30,985 bases of DNA. Origin: a virus. Taxonomy: Duplodnaviria > Caudoviricetes. Positions 17,104-25,086 of the stretch are shown here, piece by piece. Location: positions 1 through 30,985 of the IMG/VR virus record IMGVR_UViG_3300032305_001116; one strand, 5' to 3'. The notes below the pieces were generated by a model that saw only the letters and a list, made by a program, of their open reading frames with translations, did not search any database and was not told where the DNA came from. Position 1 is the stretch's first letter, and each line of letters opens with the position of its first letter. A program made the position numbers and the translations under genes.

Positions 17104-17375
17104 GTACAACAAAACAAACCCAGTATTGTGGTGGAGCAAATCAGTTAGGCGAAGATTTACTAATTGACTTAAACCTTAACCAACTAAAGCAAATTTTGTC
17201 AAATGCAGAAAATGCTAAATTCCAAAGAACTTTTACAACAAAGGATGGAGTGGAAAATGTTACTATTAAGCTAAAGGCTGTTAAGTTAAAAGAGCCAAAG
17301 CAATACCAAACACATTTCCTATGCTTGAATGATTATGTTAAAGGCGAACAAAAAAACGACGACCTCCCTTTCTAA
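17100..17375 (+). CDS. Putative single-stranded DNA-binding protein
   Basis: C-terminal DDLPF; position in the recombination module. Confidence 0.65.
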   Translation: MSTTKQTQYCGGANQLGEDLLIDLNLNQLKQILSNAENAKFQRTFTTKDGVENVTIKLKAVKLKEPKQYQTHFLCLNDYVKGEQKNDDLPF

Positions 17376-17769
17376 AATTAAGTTTGTAGAGGACTATCGT
17401 TGGAGCTTAGCATTTGAAGCTATTAATGAGTTGACTGGAGCAACCCCGAACGCACTACGACGTGCAAGTAGGGTAACTCCTCTTCCTGCTTCGAGAATGA
17501 TAATTTCTTATGTGATGTATAAAGAGTTGTATATGACTCCCGAATACATTTCGCATCAACTTAACAAGGATAGGACAGCAGTTTATTTTTATGTAAAGGT
17601 AATGGACGAGTACAAGGATAAAACACCTTACAAAGAATATTACGAGGCTTACAGAGAATTATTTTACAGAAAGATAACCACGCTTGGATATGTTTGCACT
17701 TGTTGTGGAGCATTAGAACCAGCGATTAAAGGAGATAAATTTTTAAAACCAAAGACAAATGAAATTTAG
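17329..17769 (+). CDS. DnaA C-terminal-like HTH protein with C-terminal Cys cluster
   Basis: SRVTPLPASRMI...ISHQLNKDRTAVYF; CTCCG. Confidence 0.6.
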   Translation: MIMLKANKKTTTSLSKIKFVEDYRWSLAFEAINELTGATPNALRRASRVTPLPASRMIISYVMYKELYMTPEYISHQLNKDRTAVYFYVKVMDEYKDKTPYKEYYEAYRELFYRKITTLGYVCTCCGALEPAIKGDKFLKPKTNEI

Positions 17770-18121
17770 AGAATCAGAAATTAACAGGCTATCGGATGCT
17801 TGTTGCAAAGAATTTAACGTAAATATTGACGACTTTTTTATTAAAAGCAGAAGAAGGATTTTAGTAGATGCAAGGAGAACATTTTTCCATATCATTAAAA
17901 ACTTTTACGATATTAACGAATTAGAGATGAGTATATCTTTACCGTTTAATTACCATAGGACTACAATTATGTTTCAGGTTGATTGTGCAGATGACTTAAT
18001 AAAGTTTGATAGTAAATACCTTGAAAAATATAAGAAGGTTTATAAGAGTTTTACTGGAAGTAACTTTGAGATTAAAGAACCTAATAAAAGAAATTACAAA
18101 AAGAAGTTTAAACAAAACTAA
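17759..18121 (+). CDS. DnaA C-terminal-like HTH protein
   Basis: CKEFNV...KSRRRILVDARR...HRTTI. Confidence 0.65.
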   Translation: MKFRESEINRLSDACCKEFNVNIDDFFIKSRRRILVDARRTFFHIIKNFYDINELEMSISLPFNYHRTTIMFQVDCADDLIKFDSKYLEKYKKVYKSFTGSNFEIKEPNKRNYKKKFKQN

Positions 18122-18123
18122 CA

Positions 18124-18321
18124 ATGACACCACGAGAAAAAGCATACCAAATTTGCAATGATATTGTATGGGCTATGGGCTATGGTAATTTAGACCCCGA
18201 GATAAAAGCAACAGCATTGATATTAGTAGACGAGATAATTGATGCAGTTGTAGTTCTTGATGAAATTGATAGATACACTACTTATTGGCAAGAAGTTAAA
18301 AAAGAAATAGAGAAGTTATGA
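18124..18321 (+). CDS. Hypothetical protein
   Basis: MTPREKA...ALILVDEII...YWQEVKKEIEKL. Confidence 0.75.
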   Translation: MTPREKAYQICNDIVWAMGYGNLDPEIKATALILVDEIIDAVVVLDEIDRYTTYWQEVKKEIEKL

Positions 18322-18944
18322 GTGGCTATTATTATACTTTACCAGCAGATATTTTTTACGACAAAAAGTTATCGGTAAACGCTAAACTATTGTTTTGCCT
18401 AATAGCCAATTTTTGTAATAAGTATGGGAAATGTTTTGTAAGTAATAAGCACTTGGGAGAAACTTTGGATAGGTCAGAAAGTACCATTTCTCGGCTTGTT
18501 TCAGAGCTTGTAGAAGCAGGTTATTTGAACTCGATAGTAGATAAAAACGATAGCAATAAACGCACTCTTACCCTATACGCAAAAATGCCTATACCTATAC
18601 GCAAAAATGAGGATACCTATACGCAAAAATGCGAAGATAATAATACTATATATAATACTACTAAACTTAATATATTCAAAGAAGTAATTTCTTATTTAAA
18701 CGAGAAGGCAAATACAAACTTTAAAGACAGCAACAAAGCCAACCAAAGAATGATAAGTGCAAGGATGGATGAAGGCCATACATTAGAAGATTTCAAAACA
18801 GTAGTAGATAATATGGTTTCTAAATGGAAAGGTACGGAATGGGAACAATATTTAAGACCACAAACTTTATTCCAAGCAAGTAAATTCGAAAATTATCTTA
18901 ACTTTGTAAAACAAGAACCTAAAAGTAATAAGATTGTAATATGA
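18318..18944 (+). CDS. Replication initiator (N-terminal HTH_36-like, C-terminal YLRPxTLF domain)
   Basis: LSVNAKLL...CFVSNKHL...TISRLVSEL...GYL; YLRPQTLF...KFENYLN; internal iterons; upstream of DnaB. Confidence 0.88.
   Translation: MSGYYYTLPADIFYDKKLSVNAKLLFCLIANFCNKYGKCFVSNKHLGETLDRSESTISRLVSELVEAGYLNSIVDKNDSNKRTLTLYAKMPIPIRKNEDTYTQKCEDNNTIYNTTKLNIFKEVISYLNEKANTNFKDSNKANQRMISARMDEGHTLEDFKTVVDNMVSKWKGTEWEQYLRPQTLFQASKFENYLNFVKQEPKSNKIVI
18572..18665 (+). repeat. Putative origin: three 16-bp iterons at 22-bp period plus AT-rich tract
   Basis: CCTATACGCAAAAATG at 18572, 18594, 18616; then TAATACTA repeats. Confidence 0.85.
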
Positions 18945-19171
18945 TAACGGTAGGAGATTATAATATTTATCCTGAATTGAAATTAAGGTCGGTAGATAAA
19001 TTAAAAATAGTTTCTATATTTGAAGAATATACAAATCAGGATATTAGTGTTATGGAGTTATCTAAAAAGCATAACGTACCATTTCAGAAATTATCTTGGC
19101 TAATAGAACAACACTTATTACCTACAAGAGCAGAAGAAACAAGAATAATAGCAATACAATCAAAAGTATAA
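18941..19171 (+). CDS. Hypothetical protein, possible HTH
   Basis: ISVMELSKKHNVP; between initiator and helicase. Confidence 0.6.
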   Translation: MITVGDYNIYPELKLRSVDKLKIVSIFEEYTNQDISVMELSKKHNVPFQKLSWLIEQHLLPTRAEETRIIAIQSKV

Positions 19172-19178
19172 ACCACAA

Positions 19179-20534
19179 ATGAAACCAATAAAACAATTAC
19201 CACAAGCAGTAGAGATAGAGGATGCAATTTTAGGAATACTTCTTGACCAACCTAAAGCACTACACTCGGTGATTTCTAAATTGCCAATAGATGCTTTTTA
19301 CTCTCACAAGAACCAAGTAATCTACAACGCTATTAGCGAACAATTTTCTGCATCACGTCCAACCGATTTAATCTCTATTAACTCAAAGCTACAATCCGAG
19401 AAAAAGTTAGATACTATTGGTGGCATAAATGCCTTAATGGATTTGACAGCAGGAGTAGTAAACACATCTTCTCTTGAATATTATGTTGACATTGTAAGCG
19501 AAAACTACAAAAGAAGGCTTGGGATTATAAAAGCAAGTGAGCTTGTAGATAAACTTTACAACGGAGATGAGATGGTAGATAACCTATCTTTGGCAAATGA
19601 GCTTACTTTAAGCCTTTCTAACGAAACATCTAACGTAGGTGGCATCCATATATCCAATTCTTTAATTGAGTTGATTAGAGAGCAGGAAATGGAGTTAAAC
19701 GGAGAGTTTAGTGGTTGCAAGAGTGGATTTAAGGATTTAGATAAGCAAATTATAGGATTTAAGAATCAGCAGGTTGTAATTGTTGCAGGTAGACCTGGAA
19801 TGGGCAAGACAACTTTTGGGATTAATATTGCCTATCGTTTAGCCAAGCAAAATACACCAGTAGGCTTTTTTAGTTTAGAGATGAGCCATACCGAATTAAC
19901 AAAGAAGTTTGCTGCTATTGAAACACAAATATCTAACTCAAGGATAAGGGAATTAGAAGAAAGTAAGCTACAAGAATATTTTACGAAATCTCAAAAGTTA
20001 GGAGCATTACCAATCCATATTGACGATAAGCCAAATGCATCTATTGACGACATAAGAGCAAGAGCAATTACAATGAAGCGTCGCCACGACATTAAACTTA
20101 TTGTTATCGACTATATACAACTCATAAACGTAGGCAAGAGCAAAGGCAATAGAGAGCAGGAGATTTCCGAGATTAGTCGTAAGATAAAGTTATTGGCAAA
20201 GGAATTAAATATTCCAATTATTGCTATTGCACAACTATCACGACAGGTAGAAACTTCTGACCCTAAAATACCTTTCCTACACCACTTAAGAGAATCTGGT
20301 AGTATTGAGCAGGATGCCGATATGGTATTGATGTTATGGAGAGCAGAGTATTATGATTATCCCGAATTTGAGTTTGATGGTAAGATGGAGGATAGCAAAG
20401 GTAAATGTGTTTGCTTTGTACGAAAGAATAGAAATGGAGAAACTGGAAGGGTATTATTTGCTAACAATTTAGCACTATCTTCTTTCTACGATACAAGTGT
20501 TGAGAATTTTATTAAGCCAAACTTTGAATTTTAA
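19179..20534 (+). CDS. dnaB: Replicative DNA helicase
   Basis: AGRPGMGKT, FSLEM, IDYIQL, AQLSR, LRESGSIEQDAD, KNRNG. Confidence 0.97.
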   Translation: MKPIKQLPQAVEIEDAILGILLDQPKALHSVISKLPIDAFYSHKNQVIYNAISEQFSASRPTDLISINSKLQSEKKLDTIGGINALMDLTAGVVNTSSLEYYVDIVSENYKRRLGIIKASELVDKLYNGDEMVDNLSLANELTLSLSNETSNVGGIHISNSLIELIREQEMELNGEFSGCKSGFKDLDKQIIGFKNQQVVIVAGRPGMGKTTFGINIAYRLAKQNTPVGFFSLEMSHTELTKKFAAIETQISNSRIRELEESKLQEYFTKSQKLGALPIHIDDKPNASIDDIRARAITMKRRHDIKLIVIDYIQLINVGKSKGNREQEISEISRKIKLLAKELNIPIIAIAQLSRQVETSDPKIPFLHHLRESGSIEQDADMVLMLWRAEYYDYPEFEFDGKMEDSKGKCVCFVRKNRNGETGRVLFANNLALSSFYDTSVENFIKPNFEF

Positions 20535-20559
20535 TTATATTAGCAAAAAATTATTAATT

Positions 20560-20745
20560 ATGGAAAACGAAAAAGCATTAAAAGTATTATTAGAAGTAGC
20601 ATTGGTTGCTCAAGCAAAAGGAATTTTATCATTAGATGATGCAGTTGTAGTAAAAGAAGCATTTGACGTAATTGTAAAAACCTTGCCACAAGAAGAAACA
20701 GTTGTTGAAGAAGCTGTGGTTGAAGATGACGTTCAAGAGAATTAA
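20560..20745 (+). CDS. Small acidic protein (61 aa; start moved to ATG 20560)
   Basis: MENEKALKVLLEVALVAQAKGILSLDDA...; preceded by TATATTAGC at 20536-20544. Confidence 0.7.
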   Translation: MENEKALKVLLEVALVAQAKGILSLDDAVVVKEAFDVIVKTLPQEETVVEEAVVEDDVQEN

Positions 20746-20932
20746 CTACAATATTGAGCTATTAGAGTTAGTAAAAGATTATCTTTTAGCCAATCCCGAT
20801 GTTAGATTTTGCCAAGCATTATATGCTCTTGGTATTGTTGATAAGCAGGATAGGTTTTACGAAGAGTCATCTAAAACATTAGCAAGATTAAGAGCCAATT
20901 TGGAAGACGACGATGAAGACGACTTATACTAA
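20726..20932 (+). CDS. Small protein with PDxRFxQ motif (YihD/DUF1040-like)
   Basis: NPDVRFCQAL...DRFYEES; start moved to ATG 20726. Confidence 0.6.
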   Translation: MTFKRINYNIELLELVKDYLLANPDVRFCQALYALGIVDKQDRFYEESSKTLARLRANLEDDDEDDLY

Positions 20933-21137
20933 AATAGAAGAACTTATTGGTAGTGAATGGCAATTTAGTCAATCAACAAAGGAGAGGGTTAGATTAATAA
21001 AAGTAGATAAGGCAAAAACTAAACTATCAGGAAAGGTACTTACATTTTCCCATATAGATTTAGACAAGCCTAATTTTGAAACAAACGAGCTTTATTTTAA
21101 ACAAGATTTTTTAATTTGGGCAGATAGAATAAAATGA
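20913..21137 (+). CDS. Hypothetical protein
   Basis: 74 aa, coupled to neighbours. Confidence 0.65.
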   Translation: MKTTYTKIEELIGSEWQFSQSTKERVRLIKVDKAKTKLSGKVLTFSHIDLDKPNFETNELYFKQDFLIWADRIK

Positions 21138-21271
21138 GAGTATTAGAAGCATTAGTAGATGAAATATCAAGGCAAAAGAAAATTGACGCTTTGATGAAAT
21201 TGAAACAAGTTAAAGAACAAGAGTTAAAAGAAATTAGAAAGGCATTAAGGTTAGTAATTCAAAAGCGATGA
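21134..21271 (+). CDS. Small basic coiled-coil protein (45 aa; not in ORF track)
   Basis: MRVLEALVDEISRQKK...QKR*; ATGA overlaps at both ends. Confidence 0.7.
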   Translation: MRVLEALVDEISRQKKIDALMKLKQVKEQELKEIRKALRLVIQKR

Positions 21272-21696
21272 GCATAGAGGATAGCTTCAAGTACAAGTAT
21301 AATTATATTCAGGATGAATCGTACCAGAAACATTTATACGAAAAGCATCCAAAGAATGTAAGCAATGTAATTAATACCGAGCGTATTTTTGAAAGTGGCA
21401 GTAAGAGAGATGATGATACGGATAAGCCATTAGTAAACCACTTAACTGCATATACTCGTTTAAGATTTGGTTACTTACTTCGTGAAGGTGCTAATAAGTA
21501 TGGGAAGAATAACTGGCAGAAAGGTCAGCCAACTGAAACTGCATTAGAAAGCCTACACCGTCATTTAGCAAAGTACGAGATGGGAGATAGAACCGAAGAC
21601 CATTTATCGGCCATTATCTTTAATGTACAGTTGATTCTAAAGAATGAAGAGAAAGAAGGAATAAGTGTTGATAGTTTTTATAAGAAAGTTAAATAA
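21268..21696 (+). CDS. dATP/dGTP diphosphohydrolase-domain protein (DUF5664-like)
   Basis: FESGSKRD...KP...GANKYGKNNWQKG...SLHRHL...EDHLSAIIFN. Confidence 0.85.
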   Translation: MSIEDSFKYKYNYIQDESYQKHLYEKHPKNVSNVINTERIFESGSKRDDDTDKPLVNHLTAYTRLRFGYLLREGANKYGKNNWQKGQPTETALESLHRHLAKYEMGDRTEDHLSAIIFNVQLILKNEEKEGISVDSFYKKVK

Positions 21697-21703
21697 GATT
21701 TAG

Positions 21704-21711
21704 TATTTTTG
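21704..21711 (+). promoter_or_regulatory. -7 box TATTTTTG in front of the putative sRNA
   Basis: Matches TAnnTTTG; no clear -33 TTG. Confidence 0.5.
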
Positions 21712-21715
21712 GTTG

Positions 21716-21786
21716 TGGTTATCGCCCGAAGGGTTTTTCATTGGTTTCCCTTTTGGGTAAAGATTGGGGGCGATTAGCCCCCTTTC
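21716..21786 (+). ncRNA. Putative anti-start-codon sRNA
   Basis: -7 box, then a hairpin with loop TTTTTCATTGGTTT, then a terminator hairpin; see findings. Confidence 0.55.
21766..21786 (+). terminator. Terminator hairpin at the convergence of the two arms
   Basis: GGGGGC-GATTA-GCCCCC-TTT. Confidence 0.75.
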
Positions 21787-21791
21787 TCGTT

Positions 21792-22199
21792 TTACACCTC
21801 CGCAATCTCTATAACCAACCTATCTTCACCTTCCTCATAACAATAGGTTAATTCCTTAACATACTTTACATTATCGTCTAAAAATATTTGTCCTTTGGCA
21901 AGGTCTAAAAAGCACTTGGCCCATAAGCCACATTTATTATCCAAATCCCAATTTTTTAGATTACGACGATATATTAATTTAATCTTAACTGGCTTCTCTA
22001 TAAGTCCTATTTCTGCAAACTCTTTACACCAAAGAAACTCTTTAAGCTCCTGCACAATTTTTTGCCTAACTGAATAATGTATCCCAGCATAAATAGCATT
22101 GTAACCAAGATAAATCTTACGCTTTTTAACCTTACCAATCTCGATGAATGTAGGAGGATTATCATATACTAACGTAATCATTTTATAAAAGTAACCCAA
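21792..22199 (-). CDS. RusA-like Holliday junction resolvase
   Basis: PVKIKL...WDLDN...K.FLD...DDNVKYV; true start may be 22181. Confidence 0.75.
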   Translation of the reverse strand: MGYFYKMITLVYDNPPTFIEIGKVKKRKIYLGYNAIYAGIHYSVRQKIVQELKEFLWCKEFAEIGLIEKPVKIKLIYRRNLKNWDLDNKCGLWAKCFLDLAKGQIFLDDNVKYVKELTYCYEEGEDRLVIEIAEV

Positions 22200-22654
22200 T
22201 GGGTATTCATCTTCTTACCAGATTTATGTCCGAATAGTGGTTTTTTATCCGTTAATTTAAGAATATCTTTAATTGGAAATTGAACTTCACACCACTTAAA
22301 TATAAGAACTCCATTTGGTTTTAACACTCTGAAGCATTCTTCAAATCCAAGTTTTATCATTTCTTGCCATCCATTTTCAAGAACTCCGTATCTTTTTGTT
22401 ATTTCACCTAACGCATTTCTTTTTATATGAGGTGGGTCAAATACAACCAAGTAAAAACTATTGTCTGGTTGATTTATATTAGTAAAATCTCCAATATAAT
22501 CAGGATTAATTTCTAATTTTTTTTCACCGCTTTTATAATTATTTGAATGTGATTCACATCTCCTATCTAAATATAAAGCTCTTTCATCTTGCTTGTCAAA
22601 CCACATACCTTTAGGCCCACAGCAAACATCTAATACTATTGCTTTTTCTTTCAT
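22178..22654 (-). CDS. Short class I SAM-dependent (probably DNA amino-) methyltransferase
   Basis: VLDVCCG, FDPPH, ECFRVLKPNGVLIFKW. Confidence 0.85.
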   Translation of the reverse strand: MKEKAIVLDVCCGPKGMWFDKQDERALYLDRRCESHSNNYKSGEKKLEINPDYIGDFTNINQPDNSFYLVVFDPPHIKRNALGEITKRYGVLENGWQEMIKLGFEECFRVLKPNGVLIFKWCEVQFPIKDILKLTDKKPLFGHKSGKKMNTHWVTFIK

Positions 22655-22839
22655 TTTTGTATTGATAAAGCGTCTAATATTGCGTCTATCTCATCACATA
22701 TCTTTACTTGCAAAGCATACTTTTGAGGAGCATTACTATCTTCAAGAATTGTTAGCATTTCAGTCAAGGTCATCATATATTCGGCTAAATCGCCAAACGT
22801 AAGCCTATCGTCGCTCTTTGGTTTCTCTTTTAAATCCAT
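22651..22839 (-). CDS. Small acidic hypothetical protein
   Basis: 62 aa, coupled to neighbours. Confidence 0.65.
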   Translation of the reverse strand: MDLKEKPKSDDRLTFGDLAEYMMTLTEMLTILEDSNAPQKYALQVKICDEIDAILDALSIQK

Positions 22840-23582
22840 TCTATTTTACGACCTAAATCCATTGGAATAAATAACCCTATTTTACCATCTATAACTATAC
22901 CACAACCAAGTGTAGGTCTTTTAGCAAATTGTTTAGCGTAAGCCACAGCATAAGCATTTACATCAAGCCCACAACCTACGTTTAAGCCAAATATCATATC
23001 TCTATCACTTGCACTATACATAACTCCACCAAAAGAATGGATATGGCCAATAACTGTCGATTGACGATTATCCTTTGCTCTATTCAAGGCTCCCATTTGA
23101 CCACTACTGCCAGTTCCATGAGTATATAGAACATTATCAATTTCGTGGGTATAATCCCATTTCCAACCTTTAGGATAACCCATAATATCGTTATAGGTCT
23201 TCATCATTGACTTCGGTAAACCTGCTGTTTGCATCTTCCTAAAAGGCAAAGCCGAGTGGTTTCCAATACAACCATAAACCTCTGGAAAGGCAGTCCACCA
23301 TTTCTCGTGTTCCTTAATAGCCAATTCTAATTCGTTACCTGCCGAATGACCATCAGGGTCTGTTTCGTGGTAGCTTATAGCGTGGAAATCAGTATCATCA
23401 CCAATATCTACGATAGTATCTACTTGGAACTTGTTAAATACCTCGTAAATAAATTTAAAATAATCTGGATGAGTGAAAGGTGCGTGGCGGTCGCCAATAA
23501 TACCTACGACATTAGAGTTTCTAAAACTTCTAACTAAATCGTATTCACCAGAATTTAATCTTGGACGAAAGTTCTTTTGCAT
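22830..23582 (-). CDS. Calcineurin-like metallophosphoesterase
   Basis: GDRH, GDDTD, GNH, THG, GHIH motifs. Confidence 0.9.
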   Translation of the reverse strand: MQKNFRPRLNSGEYDLVRSFRNSNVVGIIGDRHAPFTHPDYFKFIYEVFNKFQVDTIVDIGDDTDFHAISYHETDPDGHSAGNELELAIKEHEKWWTAFPEVYGCIGNHSALPFRKMQTAGLPKSMMKTYNDIMGYPKGWKWDYTHEIDNVLYTHGTGSSGQMGALNRAKDNRQSTVIGHIHSFGGVMYSASDRDMIFGLNVGCGLDVNAYAVAYAKQFAKRPTLGCGIVIDGKIGLFIPMDLGRKIEWI

Positions 23583-24042
23583 ATTTAATTGCGTTTGATT
23601 TTAACACTAAAGTAAGAACTATAATGCTAATAATCAAGAAAATAAAGAAATCATTGTAATTAAAGTTTCCTTTGGCGACAACTGACTTTCCTTTTTGTTT
23701 AATAAATACGTTTCTATATTCCACTTTTTTCTCGTAAATTTTGATTGGAATGGACTTTTCTCCCTGTATTGACAGTATTGTGTACACACCTTTCTTATAA
23801 GCTATCTTAACTTTACCTTTACCATTTGTTGATAAATTAATAATAGTATCTTTTAGTGGTTGAGCAAAAGAATAGGATATTGTATCACTTTTTAAGGTAA
23901 TAATAGTATCTACGATTCTCTCGGTAACTATCTTTGTATTGTCAATATAAAGGCTATCTGTCTTTGTTACTATTCTTGTTTTGAAGATACCGCAAGAAGA
24001 AAGTAATAATAGCAATAACCATAAACTATTTCTTATCGCCAT
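23545..24042 (-). CDS. Putative unimolecular spanin (lipoprotein with C-terminal TM)
   Basis: Start MAIRNSLWLLLLLLSSC (lipobox), beta-rich middle, C-terminal FFIFLIISIIVLTLVL; in the lysis cassette. Confidence 0.7.
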   Translation of the reverse strand: MAIRNSLWLLLLLLSSCGIFKTRIVTKTDSLYIDNTKIVTERIVDTIITLKSDTISYSFAQPLKDTIINLSTNGKGKVKIAYKKGVYTILSIQGEKSIPIKIYEKKVEYRNVFIKQKGKSVVAKGNFNYNDFFIFLIISIIVLTLVLKSNAIKYAKELSSKIKFW

Positions 24043-24205
24043 CTTTCGCTTGTAAAAGTCCAATACCTATACCAATAGTAACTGCTGCATCTGTCCAATT
24101 AGTTTTGCCCATAAGAACAGAAACAATACCTCCAACAATTAATCCCCATCCAATAGCACTTGTCTTCCAACTCTTGCCTAATAACTTAAATAATAATTTT
24201 TCCAT
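24026..24205 (-). CDS. Putative two-TM holin (59 aa; not in ORF track)
   Basis: MEKLLFKLLGKSWKTSAIGWGLIVGGIVSVLMG...IGIGIGLLQAKDGDKK*. Confidence 0.7.
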   Translation of the reverse strand: MEKLLFKLLGKSWKTSAIGWGLIVGGIVSVLMGKTNWTDAAVTIGIGIGLLQAKDGDKK

Positions 24206-24348
24206 TACTTTCCTTGCCCCCTATATTTTTTAGTGTATAATTTAGATTGTTTTAATTTAGAAGCTCCTTTTTTAGAATGGCGACCTGGTCTTTTTCTTTT
24301 AGGCTTCTTCTTAAATAATTTAATATCCGCTACTTTTGCTCTTGCCAT
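24205..24348 (-). CDS. Small highly basic peptide ending KYRGQGK (47 aa; not in ORF track)
   Basis: MARAKVADIKLFKKKPKRKRPGRHSKKGASKLKQSKLYTKKYRGQGK*; TAATG coupling to the holin. Confidence 0.75.
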   Translation of the reverse strand: MARAKVADIKLFKKKPKRKRPGRHSKKGASKLKQSKLYTKKYRGQGK

Positions 24349-24349
24349 C

Positions 24350-24802
24350 TTATTTGCCTAAATATAATTGGTATTCTCTTTTTCTTCTGTTTAGTAAAAT
24401 TGGTTTACCCCCTGCATTCTTCCACATCTCAAAGGCAGCACCTATCGTTGGGTCATTCGGATTAGCATTAACTTTTTTTACTAACGTAGATTTATTAAAT
24501 GCTCCTGTGCCAATGTTAAAGCAAAGGCTAACCAAAGCGTCAAATTGATTCTGATTTATATCATCACGAGTATGGGCATACACACACATTTCATAATGCT
24601 TCAACACATTCTCAAATAGGATATAAGCACGTTCCTTTGTAATAGGCTTATCAGTCATTTTAACCTTACTTCCGTCTTCGTAATAGGTAGAACCAATACC
24701 AATCGTAGGAACTCCTGCACTACACTTATATGGCTTTAAAACAAGTCCTTCTTCTTTGGCAATAAACTCCAAACCTTTTTTACTTACTTTTTTAATTTCC
24801 AT
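24350..24802 (-). CDS. Endolysin, GH24 phage lysozyme
   Basis: EG-x5-YKCSAGVPTIGIG, QNQFDALVSLCFNIG, RRKRE. Confidence 0.95.
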   Translation of the reverse strand: MEIKKVSKKGLEFIAKEEGLVLKPYKCSAGVPTIGIGSTYYEDGSKVKMTDKPITKERAYILFENVLKHYEMCVYAHTRDDINQNQFDALVSLCFNIGTGAFNKSTLVKKVNANPNDPTIGAAFEMWKNAGGKPILLNRRKREYQLYLGK

Positions 24803-25086
24803 TACTTTAATAAATCTGTGATTATTTTAATTGCTCCTACTCCAATAAGCGTAATCAACGCCCAAAGATAATTCTTGTATTTCTTGAACTCATCTCGCAA
24901 ATCGTAAAATGACTTTTTTGTTTCTCTGTAATCCCTAACCAAACCCTTGCTATCGGGGTCTAGTGGACTACCTGCTAATAGGTCGTGAATATCTTTTACC
25001 ATTACCTTCATTTCAGATAATTGGTGCTTTAGGTTTTCTATTTCTTCAGCCATTGTATCAAGCCTATTTCGTTCGTGAGCAGTCAT
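24802..25086 (-). CDS. Coiled-coil protein with C-terminal TM (lysis-associated)
   Basis: 94 aa, YLWALITLIGVGAI segment, coupled to the endolysin. Confidence 0.55.
   Translation of the reverse strand: MTAHERNRLDTMAEEIENLKHQLSEMKVMVKDIHDLLAGSPLDPDSKGLVRDYRETKKSFYDLRDEFKKYKNYLWALITLIGVGAIKIITDLLK

Noticed and set aside
21268-21696. 2-aminoadenine (Z) genome pathway
   Set aside because: No PurZ or phage DNA polymerase present; this domain alone is insufficient
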